From contig NC_134472.1 of NCBI RefSeq assembly GCF_964194025.1, forward strand, positions 31,310,001 through 31,374,000: a stretch of DNA of 64,000 nucleotides. Direction: 5' to 3'. The notes beneath the pieces were generated by a model. That model was given only the letters and a program-made list of their open reading frames with translations. It searched no databases and was not told the DNA's origin. Below are positions 49,501 to 62,530 of this stretch, piece after piece. The position numbers and the translations under genes are program-made. The DNA comes from Convolutriloba macropyga. Taxonomy: Eukaryota. Positions within the stretch are counted from its first letter, which is position 1; every line of letters starts with the position of its first letter.

Positions 49501-50877
49501 TCCTGGTTTGTGAAAAGTGTTTCCAGTTGTTCTCAATGTTAGCAATGCGGTCAAAGGTACACTACCCATCATTCATGGAAAGTAACAATCGTTGCAAAGA
49601 CATCGGTTGTGTGTTAGCTTTTATTATGCTTAAATGGCACCAAATCGATGTATATTTGCATGCCAGTTGATCTTCGTAGTTGCCCAGATAGCTTTTTAAA
49701 GGTATATGTCAACTCAAGTAATGGTTTGCTGAAAGGAGGGAGCAACTATTGATTGTTGAAACAGTTGCTACTTAAATGGAGTCAAGTGGATGTTCGAGAA
49801 TGTGTTTACTGATAACATCTATTTTCTTCAGGTATATGACAAAACTGCATATCGTGGACCAACTATATATAAATTGGCATGAAATCCGCTGGCAAGCTTA
49901 TGTTTGAACTAGGCTGTAATTTTCTATGATTTGGTAATTTAGCCTATAAGCAAGTCATAGTTTTTTAAAAATGATTTTAGATATTCATGGAATTCAAGAA
50001 AGTCGTACTTTTTCCTGCATTCATTAACTGTTTTTCAAATTCCCAATTGTTCTTTCATTTTGAAATTGTGCAAGCGAAAGAGCAAAACTGTACACTCCTC
50101 TTACAATTGGACATTGCGCATCTGACTGTAAAGTAGGTTGGTGTTGAAGAGATCCTTGTGCTGTTCTATTTTCAATAGAAGATCTAACTTTTTAGTATCT
50201 CATGGAAAGAGAAGACTGCTGTCAAAAAATCGTTGTCATCAGAGCTGCTTTGACACAAAATATCTTCTACACATATGGCTACATCGATGCCTTCCAAAAC
50301 ATAAACTTGAAATTGTTGGTTAATCAGCTCTAGCCTAGACTGGTGACTATTTGTGTATTAACGATGCTGATTTTTTGAGTTCAGAAATACACCGAGTTAA
50401 GATTTCAACCGACATTATCCTGACAAGCTATTTTGCAAGTTGGTATTTTTGTGCTTTTTTGCTGCAGCAGCTTTCATGTCATTGTGATCCCAATACTTCT
50501 TAAAAAGTTGTTACAAGGCTGATCATGAAATGATTTCCTGGTTTGTGAAAAGTGTTTCCAGTTGTTCTCAATGTTAGCAATGCGGTCCAAGTTAGACTAC
50601 TCATCGTTCATGGAAGGTAGAAATCGTTGGAAAGACATCGGTTGTGTGGTAGCTTGTATTATGCTTAAATAGCACCAGATCGATGTATATTGTCATGCCA
50701 GTTGATTTTCGTAGTTGCCTAGATAGCTTTTAAAAGGTATATATCAACTCAGGTAACTATTGAATGTTGAAACAGTTGCTATATAATTGGATTTAAGTGG
50801 TTGGTCGAGCATGTATTTACTAATAACATCTATACTCTTCAAGATATATGGGAAAACTGCAAATCGTGGACCAAATT

Positions 50878-50945
<68 letters not shown>
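50878..50945. repeat. (TA)n microsatellite inside one satellite unit
   Basis: TA run with one interruption. Confidence 0.97.
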
Positions 50946-50946
<1 letters not shown>

Positions 50947-52004
50947 TGGCACGATATGCGCTGCCACGCTTGTGTTTGAACTAACTTGATCTTGCATAGG
51001 CTGTAATTTTCTATGATTTGGTTTTTTAGCCTATAAGCAAGTCATAGTTTTTTATAAATGATTTTAGATATTTATAGAATTCAAGAAAATTGTACTTTTT
51101 CCTACATTCCGTAACTGTTTTTCAAAATCTTAATTGTTCTTTCATTTTAAAATTGTGCAAGCGAAAGAGAAAAACTGTACACAAAACGTTCTTTTTTTCG
51201 TCTATTCCAATAGTAGAATATTTTTCGTTTGGTTTGTGTTTATAGTTAATCCATTTGACAGGAGTTGAAACATCGGTTTTCTTTTGTTTTTGCAAGTGCA
51301 ATGTTTCTTGACAAAATTCAATATCAATTTGATCAATTGGCCATAGACATAGACGAAAGTGTGATTTTCATGTGATTTTCCACTGGGGCTGCATATTGTT
51401 CGCTCCCTAAAGCTCACCTGCCGAAGAATTTTTAATCGATTTACTGTTTAAGGACCATATATACAATTTTTATTCAATATTTCATTCAATATATTTGTGT
51501 ATTAACGATGCTGATTTTTTGAGTTCAGAAATACACCGAGTTAAGATTTCAACCGGCATTATCCTGACAAGTTATTTTGCAAGTTGGTATTTTTGTGCTT
51601 TTTTGCTGCAGCAGCTTTCATGTCATTGTGATCTCAATATTTCTTAAAAAAATGTTACAAGGCTGATCATGAAATGATTTCTTGGTTTGTGAAAAGTGTG
51701 TTTCCAGTTTGTTCTCAATGTTAGCAATGCGGTCGAAGTTAGACTACTCATCGTTCATGGAAAGTAGAAATCGTTGGAAAGACATCGGTTGTGTGGTAGC
51801 TTGTATTATGCTTAAATAGCACCAGATCGATGTATATTGTCATGCCAGTTGATTTTCGTAGTTGCCTAGATAGCTTTTAAAAGGTATATATCAACTCAGG
51901 TAACTATTGAATGTTGAAACAGTTGCTACTTAAATGGATTTAAGTGGTTGGTCGAGCATGTATTTACTAATAACATCTATTCTCTTCAAGATATATGGGA
52001 AAAC

Positions 52005-52142
52005 NNNNNNNNNNNNNNNNNNNNNNNNNNNNNNNNNNNNNNNNNNNNNNNNNNNNNNNNNNNNNNNNNNNNNNNNNNNNNNNNNNNNNNNNNNNNNNNN
52101 NNNNNNNNNNNNNNNNNNNNNNNNNNNNNNNNNNNNNNNNNN
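52005..52142. other. assembly gap (138 N)
   Basis: Run of N. Confidence 1.
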
Positions 52143-53220
52143 ACGCTTGTGTTTGAACTAACTTGATCTTGCATAGGCTGTAATTTTCTATGATTTGGTT
52201 TTTTAGCCTATAAGCAAGTCATAGTTTTTTATAAATGATTTTAGATATTTATAGAATTCAAGAAAATTGTACTTTTTCCTACATTCCGTAACTGTTTTTC
52301 AAAATCTTAATTGTTCTTTCATTTTGAAACTGTGCAAGCGAAAGAGAAAAACTGTACACAAAACGTTCTCTTTTTCGTCTATTCCAATAGTAGAATATTT
52401 TTCGTTTGGTTTGTGTTTATAGTTAATCCATTTGACAGGAGTTAAAACATCGGTTTTCTTTTGTTTTTGCAGGTGCAATGTTTCTTGACAAAATTCAATA
52501 TCAATTTGATCAATTGGCCATAGACATAGAAGAAAGTGTGATTTTCATGTGATTTTCCACTGGGGCTGCATATTGTTCGCTCCCTAAAGCTCACCTGCCG
52601 AAGAATTTTTAATCGATTTACTGTTTAAGGACCATATATCCAATTTTTATTCAATATTTCATGTTAAGATTAGAGGTTCCAGATTCTGCTCCAAATTGAA
52701 ACAACGGCTTTTTATCCTATTATATTACCCTCTCCCCCATATAATGAGTGGTGTAATATAAAGGATAAAGAGCTATAAAATACTGTTCAAACAGATGCAG
52801 AGAAGTAATTGTCAATAAACAGAGCATTTCAAATCAATTGTTTCGAATAAACAAAATTTTCTAGTTGCCTATGAATCAAGGAGTGTTTCTCCTCCATATG
52901 AACCAGCAGGAAATGGAATTAGAGAGTTAACTTTCTCATGAAAGAAGTACCCCAAAAAAACAATACAGGTAAATGGTAAAAAATATGTAATTTTGATAAA
53001 AATTCATGTAAACTGTTTTGAGTTTTTTGTACAGAACAACAGGAATGAAAGTACTGAGCGACTCTCAAGCAGTCTGTGCTTCAGAATTGAAATATGTACT
53101 CCAGTAATCTGAGATGATTTTGCTCGCAGCTATGGCTGTCTGCAATTTTTCTGTTAAAGAAAATTCGAACTTCTCAAATTTTATCGAACTCAATTCAGAA
53201 TTGAATCAATCATGCTCCTG

Positions 53221-56200
53221 TATTAGTAGTAGTAGAATGAAATTTTGAGCATAATTCAAGTGTTTCATCCCATTAGTCAATCCAGTTGCAGTTTGATGAT
53301 TAGTTTTTTTGTAACTTTGCAATTCCCGCAACGGCATTGAAATCTCCATGTGCATTTGTTTGTCGGGGAGTGCGCTTGTTCAAATTAGTTCCAGTAGATG
53401 TCAGTCATTAGGGCGTTTGTCGCAATTGCTTCTCTCAGCTTCCGAAAAACATGGTTGTATAGTGTCTTGGTTCTTCGGAGGAACTCATTGTTTGTCTTTG
53501 TGAGACAGTTTTTCTCAAGTGGCAATTCACCTCTCACTCCTTGTCGCTTGAAGGAGTGTTCCTTGCCATGAACAAGTAGATGGTAGCCGGACTTATTGTT
53601 GATGATGTCAATGAACATCATTAAGCCGTGTAACTCCATGTATTGTGAAATATGGAGTAAGTTGAGTGTACGGAGACGGTCTTTGTGGTCTTCGTTGTAA
53701 GAAGGGATACATTTTGTGGTCTTCTTTTTAACATTTTCCAAATGCTCCACGTTCATTTTGCTGGCATCCGAGCCTGTGAGGCATAGGTCAGTATAGGTAC
53801 TACGTACCCATTGTACGCGTTTAGTTTCGTTGTTCAGTGAGTTTTCTCATCTAAGTTCCTTCTCAATTGAAAAAGGGCACTCAACACCTTATAGCATCTT
53901 TTGCTGCCGTTCTCTGTCCAGTTTAGAGTCATTCACAATCCGTCCGAAATATTTCTGAGATTGTGTAAAAAAATGACATTGTTTATTTAGGCTAGCAGTC
54001 ATTCTACCTCTCAGGTTCATAATATTTGCCTTGCTGATGTTAACAGACATCGTATTTTCCTTTAACTATATACCCAATGTATCCACTGCATGATCAAGTC
54101 CGCTTTGAGCACCGAACATGGCTTTGTAACCATCGGTATAACCGAAACTGTCCGCTTGAGGCATTGTGTCAGGCAAGTCATTAATGAACATTAAGAAAAA
54201 GAGCGGCCCTAATATCGAGCCTTGGGGCACACCGCTAGTTACTTTTTGCATGGTCAATTTTTGTGATAGTTTATTTGAACAAACTGGAATCTGTTGGTCA
54301 AATAGGAGCCAATAGACTTCAGCAGCTTTCCAACGATTCCAAAGAGAGCCATTTTTTCAATCAGAATGTCAAGTGGCACAGTGTCAAATGCCTTGACAAA
54401 GTCAATGTACTTTGCACAAAGTTGTTGTTGCGAGTCAGTTTCGTTTAGTTCATACAGTCTATCCAGGAAAGTTAAAAGTTTAAGGGTGGCGGAGCGTTTC
54501 GTTCTAAGTCCATACTGGATTGCACGTAGACGATGCTTCACAGTCTCGTAGAGCTTGTCAAAGATGATCTTCGCAAAGACATTGGAAGAACAGTATAGTA
54601 GGCTTATAGGACGGAATTATATCACATTTTCTTTATTTCCTTATTTGAAAATAGGGGTGAATTCGCAAGTTTTCCAGATAATTGGATTTATACTAATTCC
54701 AGAATATTTGAAACAGAGTAGCAGGTGATTGGCAAATGGTGTTATAACAGTTTTTTAGTATAAGATTCCAATTTTATCTAAATCCATTGCTTTGCTCTCT
54801 CCCAGGAATTTTAAATGATAGGAAACAATTTCCGGACTCACTTTTAGCTGATTTTGATTTTGGCGCGGAAGGGTGATTTCATATGATTGGAGAAGTTGAG
54901 CGTTGAGTACGCTGATAAAGTATTCATTGAACATGATGCACTGTTCATCTCCAGAGGATGTTTCTTTATCACCCTATTTTACAACAGTTGGTATTGCAGG
55001 GGTCTTGCGGATTGCCTTCAAGTATTTTGGATGCAATTGAACACACTGCGCCTTCGAAGACAGTCTTCTCAAAATTCTCAAGGTCGTCTTTCATTGCTTC
55101 AAGGACTTGTTTTTTAAGTTTCTTCCTTTTGACGATCAGAGCAAGTGTCCTTGGATTTTTTGAAGCTACAATGTTTAGCCGTTTCAACAGATTAGATGTC
55201 GAACTAGAGATCCAGGGTTGAAGTGTAGCGCGATATTGTGTTACCAGTGGTACCATAGTATCAATTTTCCCATAGCCATTTGTGCCAGAAATGAACAAGG
55301 TGGTCAACATTCCTGTAGTTAAAACGATGAAAAAGATTTAGTTGGATTTCGTCATTAAACTTGTCCCAGTCTGTTTCCCTAAATGCATAACATTTATTTT
55401 TATACAACAAACATGGGGGTCTTGTTTCAAACAAGAGCACGGCTTTGAGCGGGTGGTGACCAAAAAAATAGCGCTTGTTTTTTGTCAGTCTTGATTGTAG
55501 AAGTTGATCTGTTCCACATTCAGTAAAACAATCGTTTGAGGAGCTGAGAACATTGTCTAATCGAGCACGAGGCTGTTGTGGTAAACTCAGTTCGTAATAT
55601 TTTTCTAAAATCTCTTTCTTGTACTGATTGTTCGAGGACATTGTTGACCATTTTGTTCGTTGGAAGTTAAAATCACCAGTTACTATGATATCAGAGGATT
55701 CTTTTTGTTTCACTTCATTGAGTTCATTTAACAGATTGAGAAGTTGTTCAATCTAAGTTCCTTGGTATGAGCGCGGCGCTAAGGAGTTTGAAGATTAGAG
55801 TTGTCAATGAGTTCTCTGCGCATCATGAGACACTCATATTCTTTTTTGGAATCCTACGCATTGAGCTCAGGGCTCAGATATATTGGTTTCTCATACTTTT
55901 TCATTCTTTTTTCATTCTTATCAAGCATGCGCTTGGATTGATAATGAAATCCTTTTTCAAGTTGCTATCCGTTTGGAAAAGAAATGTCCGGGGAGTTTCA
56001 CGTTTAGGGTCGTGTTTCCCGATTCTGGATATTTTATTCAACGTTTTGTCTTTTATGTCCATGAACTTGAGTAGCTTATCAACGGCGGCAACGTCTTCCA
56101 ACATTCGTTCATCAGCAGTCGTTGCAATACTTTCCGGAAAGCCACGAGCTCCAATGCCAAGCTGTACCTGGGTCTTCATTGCGGGAGTGACGTCGCCAGT

Positions 56201-56390
56201 CGCGTTTCGGTAGCTTTTGCGCTTCTCCTTCATCGCATTGAGTTCCCATTTGACACTATAGATTTGATTGAAAGATTTGCCCATCTTTTTGGTTATTACT
56301 GTCATCTGTTCCTGCATTTGCTGCAGTTGATCTTCGATTTTCGAAGTTGTCGTCTCTTCAGAAGTAAAAATTTCTTTGCGGGGTTGCAGT
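53221..56390 (-). mobile_element. decayed CR1-like LINE, copy 1
   Basis: ORF1 part 55901-56317; APE IVTGDFN; RT YIDFVKAFDTV, SGVPQGSILGP, FGYTD; CRCGNC terminus and ctactactaata tail. Confidence 0.92.
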
Positions 56391-56399
56391 ACTCGTTGC

Positions 56400-56760
56400 A
56401 GTACTTTTGACTTGCTTATCTGCTTGTCACTTTGCCGCAGCTTCCAGGTACATGTTTGGCGATTCAGCTCTCAGTTTGTTTTCGTCTTTTTCTGGGACAA
56501 AAGCTTCTTCTGCTTGGTGGACCAGAGTGTTTGCAAGATCAATAAGATCACTGGCCACGTCTTTTGGATTCGCGTTGGATGGTTCACAAACGTCCAGTAG
56601 ATCCTTACACCCAAAAAAGAGGATAATTTTATCAAAAAACCTGTAGGTCGAAGGAAGTTGTAAGCTTTCCTGATACCAGCTCGATGAAGTGAAAGTATGT
56701 TCATGTTTCCTGATTCAAATAGTCTTGCTTGTGAATCAGAGATCAATAGGAATCTTGTAC
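56400..56760 (-). pseudogene. decayed SGNH/GDSL-esterase-like ORF, N-terminal part
   Basis: FLLISDSQ (block I-like), NILSLHRAG (block II-like), IILFFGCKDL (GGND-like), then DVASDLIDLANTLV; frameshifted. Confidence 0.5.
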
Positions 56761-58999
56761 TGGAAGATTTTAAGGTGTGATAACGCAGTTATTAATTTGG
56801 AAAGAACTAACAGATGACGGGGTAGTCGCCAAGGTCAATCACCTCAGGAGATGACGCCTCGGTCGAGTTGTCACCAGTGTTGAAGTTCAACTTTTTTGAA
56901 AAATTGACGAGCACTCCAGTTGCATACAATTGCCGGTCTCTGAATATCCCTTGTGGGATGGCACACCGGACTTAAGCAGTACCATCTATAACAGATAGGC
57001 GGGGGGCAGTCTCCGACCTATTTAATAAGTTCTACACTATATCAAAATAACATGCTTTACACTATATAAAAATAACATGGTAATCACAAAAATCAGTGAC
57101 ATCCATCAAACCATTTTTTCTTTAATTTTTAAGTTTTTTCTTATTTTTGTGAAATTTGACGTTTTGCTTAAATTTTTTTTTCAATCCTGACCTTTCTTTG
57201 TGATTTCCAATTTTGCTTTATGTTATGTTGGAGTACTATGATGGAATTTTTACTGCAAGCGCGGGGTTATGTGGAATGGTTCCCTTCGCATATCCGTACA
57301 AAAGTAAGAACTACAGTTTCAATAGTTCTAATGTGTTTTTAAAATTACTTCGACTAGAAGTATTGTGTTTGTTTTTACTCTCATACGAATCCTGAAAATT
57401 TATTGCTTTCATTTGATATTCATTTGGACCTGTTTATGCTCTGTTGTTTTGGTATTAGGTCTTGTGACTGGATTGTTTTTTAGCTTCCTTCGTTTTTTGA
57501 ATAAAGTTTACATCTTTATATATCGTGCCCGTTCTCCTAAGTCTAGTGAGCTGCGATAGTTGTACAACAACTAGGACCTCGTTGAAGGTATTGGAAAATT
57601 AAATGGTAGAGTCCGTTACTGTATCAGTTAGAGGACCTAGTGTTTCGGAGTTTTTTGAAATTCAATTGGTGAGCTGTCAGAGATAGAATTTACAGCCGTT
57701 TTAGTTTTTCTTGAAACATAAAATTGAAATTTGCAACAATTGGGCATTGCGCATCTGCCTGAAAATTAGATTGGTTTTGAAGAGATCGTTGTGCTGTTAT
57801 ATTTTTAATAGAAGATCAAATTTTCCAGTATCGAATCGAATGAACAATTTTTCCCCAAGACTGCTTTCAAAAAGTTGTTATCAGAGCTATTATGAAGTAA
57901 ATCATCTTCTACAAACTTGGCTTAATCAATGCTTTCCAAAACAGAAATTTGAATTCGTTGGTTAATGATCTCTAGCCTAGACAGGTAAATACTTTTGTAT
58001 TAAGGATGCTGAATTTTCGAATTAAGTAAATACACCGAGTTAATTTTCTTCAAACGGTATAAGCCTGTTAACAATTTATTTTGCAAATTGCTATTTTTTG
58101 TGCTTTTTTGCAATAGCAGCCTTCATGTCATTGTGATCCCAATATTTCTTAAAAACGTTTCACAAGGTTGATCAAGAAATGATTTCTTGGATTGTGAAAA
58201 GTGTGCAATTTGTTCCCAATGCTAGCAATGGGGTCAAAGTTACACTACTCATGGTAAGTAAAACGAATTTAAAATTTGTTGGAAAGACATCGATTGTGTG
58301 GTAGCTTGTATTATGCTTAAATAGCACCAGATCAATGTATATTTTCATGCCTGTTGATTTTCGTAGTTGCTTTTTAGTTGCCTTTTCAAGGCTAAGATAG
58401 CATTTTAAAGCTATATGTCCTCTCTCTACATCACCAATGGTTTGCGCGCGTTTAATTGTTGCGTGTTCGGACACTATTAACAGGGGAACGCTGGTTCAGG
58501 TAACATTGGCAAAACATGTTACGTAATTTTGTGTAAAAATTTGTTACACTGGGTGAGGAACCACTGAATGTTGCTATTTAAATTTAGTTAAATGGTTGAT
58601 CGAGCATGTATTTACTCAAAATATCTATTCTCTTCAAGATATGTGAGAAAACCGCAAATCGTGGCCGAAATTTCTATATTGGCATGATATCCTCTGGCAA
58701 GCTTGTGTTTGAACTAACTGGAGCATGTATATGCTGTCATTTTCTATGATTTGGTATTTTAGCCTAAAAGCGAGCCAGAGAGTTTTTTTATAATTGATTT
58801 CAGATATTCAACGAATTGTAGTAAGCATTACTATTTCTTGAACTCTTTAATTGTTTTTTAACTTCTTAATTTTTTTTGATTTTGAAATTGTGCAAGCAAA
58901 AAGGCAAAAGTACTGTCTGCATTTTTTCTGTTACAGAAATTTCGAACTTCTCAAATTTTATCGAACTCAATTCAGAATTGAATCAATCATGCTACTGTA

Positions 59000-61930
59000 T
59001 TATTAGTAGTAGACTAAAATTTTGTGCACAATTCAAGGTTTTCCACCCATTAGTCAATCCAGTTTCAGTTTGACTATCAGTTTTGTAGCAGTGGTGCAAT
59101 TCCCGCATCGGCATTGGAATCTCCATGTTCTTTGTTTGTCGGGGAGTGGGCTTGTTCAAATTAGTTCCAGTAGATGTCAGTCATTACGGCTTTTGTCGCA
59201 ATTGCTCCTCGCAGCTTCCTCAAAACATGGTTGTACAGTGTCTTGGTCCTTCGGAGGAACTCATTGTTTGTCTTTGTGAGACAGTTTTTCCCAAGTGGCA
59301 ATTCACCTCTCACTCCTTGTCGCTTGAAGGAGTGTTCGTTGCCATGAACAAGTAGATGGTAGTCGGACTTATTGTTGATGATATCAATGAACATCATTAA
59401 GTTGACCATCATGTAACTCCATGTATTGTGAAAAATGAAGTAAGTTGAGTGTACGGAGACGGTCTTTGCGGACTTCGTTTGAAGAAGGGATCAATTTTCT
59501 GGCCTTCTTTTCAACATTTTCCAATTGCTCCATGTTCATTTTGCAGGCATCCAAGTCTGTGAGGCATATGTGAGTATGGGTACTACGTACCCATTTTACG
59601 TGTTTAGGTTCGTTGTCTAGTGAGTTTTCTCACCTAAGTTTCTTCTCAATTGAAAAAGGGCACTCAACTCCTTAGAGCATCTTTTCCTGCCGTTGTCTGT
59701 CCAGTTTAGAGAGTCATTCACAGTCCGTCCAAAATTTTTCAGAGATCGTGTAACGGGAAGACATTTTTTATTTAGTCTAGCAGCCATTCTGCCTCTCAGT
59801 TTCATTATATATGCCTTGCTGATGTTAACAGACATTGTATTTTCTTTTGGCCATACACCCAATGCATCCACAGCACGATCAAGTCCGCTTTGAGCACCGA
59901 ACGTGGCGTTGTAATCATCGGCATAACCGAAACTGTCCGCTTGAGGCATTGTGTCAGGCAAGTCATTAATGAACATTAAGAAAAATAGTGGCCCTAATAT
60001 CGAACCTTGGGGCACACCACTAGTTACTTTTTGCAAGGTTAATTTTTGTGATAGTTTATTTGAACAAACCGAAATCTGTCGGTCATATAGGAGCCAATAA
60101 GCCTCAGCAGCTTTCCGACGATTCCAAAGAGAGCCCATTTTTCAATCAGAATGTCATGTGGCATTGTGTCAAATGCCTTGACAAAGTCAATATACAGTGC
60201 ACAAAGTTGTTGCGAGTCAGTATCGTTTGGTTCATACAGTATATCCAGGAAAGTTAAAAGTTTAAGGGTGGCCGAGCGTTTCGTTCTAAGTCCATACTGG
60301 ATTGCATGTAGACAATGTTTCACAGTCTCGTAGAGCGCGTCAAAGATGATCTTCGCAAAGACCTTGGAAGAACAGTATAGTAGGCTTATAGGACGGAATT
60401 AGTTTACATTTGCTTTATTTCCTTCTTTGAAAACAGGGGTGATTTGGCAAGATTTACAGATAGTTGGATTTGCGGTAATTCAAGCATATTTGAAACAGAG
60501 TGGCAAGGGTTTGGCAAAGGGTGTTATTACAATTTTTTAGTATAAAATTCCAATTTTATCTAAACCCATTGCTTTGCTCTCTCCCAGGAATTTCAAATGA
60601 TTGGAAACAATTTCCGGAGTCACTTTCAGTTTATTTTGAATTTGGAGTGGAAAGGTGATTTCATCTGATTGGAGAAGTTGAGCGTTAAGACGCTGATAAA
60701 GTAATCATTGAACATGATGCATTTTTCATCTCCACATGATGATTTTTTATCACCTTATTTTACAACAGTTGGTATTGCAGGGCTCTTGCGGATTGCTTTC
60801 AAATTTTTTTACTGTATTATACAAGTTTGTATTGTATTCCTTGCTTTATAGCAACACAAAACACCAACATTAAGTGATTTTCTCGTTTCGGAGAAGGGTC
60901 TGTCATTACATTGAACCTCAAACACTTGAAAAACAGTGCACTGTTTGGAACGTCTGCTCTTAGCCAGTGCACTATTTTGTTGCCCAATTTCTTTTGCAAA
61001 GAGAGTTCGTATGGTTGCGTCAAGTAAACTTCTGGTGTTGTTTGTTAGGGCACCCAGACTGAACTGACACTCACCGGACTTGCTCCGCTTGCGGTTTCAT
61101 GTTCACACACTCCTTTTCTTCAATGGGAATCCATTGCTTATCCACAAGGTTTTCGATTGAGAACTTGCGTATTCTGAGAAGCTTTTGATCCATCCCCTTA
61201 TCAATGAGTTCTCTGCGCATCATGAGACACTCATATTCTCTTTTGGAATCCTACGCATTGAGCCCAGGGCTCAGGTATATTGGTTTCTCATATTTTTCAT
61301 CCTTAGCAAGCTTGCGCTTGGATTTGAGAATCAAATCTTTTGTCAAGTTGCCATCCGTTTGGAAAAGAAATGTCCGGGGAGTTTCACGTTTAGGGTCGTA
61401 TTTCCCGATTCTGGATATTTTATTCAGCATTTTGTCTTTTATGTCCATGAACTTGAGTAGCTTCTGAACGGCGGCAAAGTCTTCCAACATTCGTTCATCA
61501 GCAGTCCGTTCCGGAAAGCCACGAGCTCGAATGCCAAGCTGTAGCTGGGTCTTCATTGCGGGAGTGACGTCGCCAGTCGGGTTTGGGTAGCTTTTGGGCT
61601 TCTCCTTCATCGCATTGAGTTCCCATTTGACACTAGAGATTTGATTGAAAGATTTGCCCATCTTTTCGGTTAGCACTGTCAGCTGTTCCTGCATTTGCTG
61701 CGGATGATCTTCGATTTTCGAAGTTGTCGTCTCTTCAGAAGTAAAAAGTGATTTGCGGGGTTTGCTCTGGTTGCAGATATGAAGCAGATTTGCTTCCAAG
61801 TTTATAAGGAATATGACTGATTCAGCATCGAACCCAGTGCATTCGGCTGTCAGGTGTATCTTCTTGTTGCACAAACAGTAACAGAAGACACGCCCTTTTG
61901 TTTTTTTCACAAGTCGCACAATTGTCTCAT
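59000..61930 (-). mobile_element. decayed CR1-like LINE, copy 2 (PHD-type ORF1 at 61251-61919)
   Basis: ORF1 CYCLC..IHLTAEC..LHICNQS; APE N-terminal remnant 60810-61020; RT LYIDFVKAFD, PQGSILGP, YADDY. Confidence 0.92.
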
Positions 61931-62133
61931 ATGGTTGGAGTTCTCACTTACTTTAAATATGTATCAATTCGATTCTTTTATTCGGATTCAACGTTCAACC
62001 TATGCCTGTGGCACCTCACGGTGGCCTTGGCACTTGTGTCTTCGACTGAACTATCAGGGTGGAAAACCTTGGTCACCTGTGGCACCTCACGGAGCCTTCG
62101 GTAAACAAGGTTTATGGACTTACCTTGGGAAGT

Positions 62134-62530
62134 CTAATGCCAGTGCCTGACTGGACAGTCACATTTGCCGTTCTTGCACTGGTTGAATTTGATGTTTCCT
62201 TGATCGTTCAGAGCTTTGCTGTACTTTTCGTACAACAGTTTCTCCCTGATAAGATTGTGCCGATTTGAACGCCTTCTAGCGTTCAGGTGTGTTTTGTCTT
62301 TTGGGAGATAGTGTCTAGCTCTAGAGAGGTAGGTACTCACACTTCTGACACAGTAGGTACTGACACAGTACTTTTGGCTTGCTTATCTGTTGTCACTTTG
62401 CCGCAGCTTCCAGGTAAATGTTTGGCGATTGAGCTCTGAGTTTGTTTTCGCCTCTTTTTGGGATACAAAGGACAAAAGCTTCTTCTGCATGGTGGATCAG
62501 AGTGTTTGCAAGATCAATAAGATCACTGAC
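62134..62530 (-). pseudogene. decayed SGNH-esterase-like ORF, C-terminal part
   Basis: Overlaps the 56400-56555 sequence by homology; continues to DKTH (DxxH) and CKNGKCDCPVRHWH stop. Confidence 0.5.

Larger units (their letters stand above)
34650..52360. repeat. macrosatellite, ~1.0-kb unit: 15 full units, 2 short (~535 bp) units and 1 partial
   Basis: Marker ctcct(c)..caattggacattgcgcatctgac at about 34764, 35784, 36810, 37838, 38845, 39852, 40880, 41414, 41953, 42986, 43994, 45004, 46020, 47035, 48043, 49062 and 50095. Confidence 0.97.

Noticed and set aside
35025-52174. Plus-strand ORFs in the 1-kb satellite (MTICVL..., MFFHFE..., YIYIYI)
   Set aside because: Mostly non-ATG starts, inconsistent stops between units; YI repeats are translations of (TA)n.
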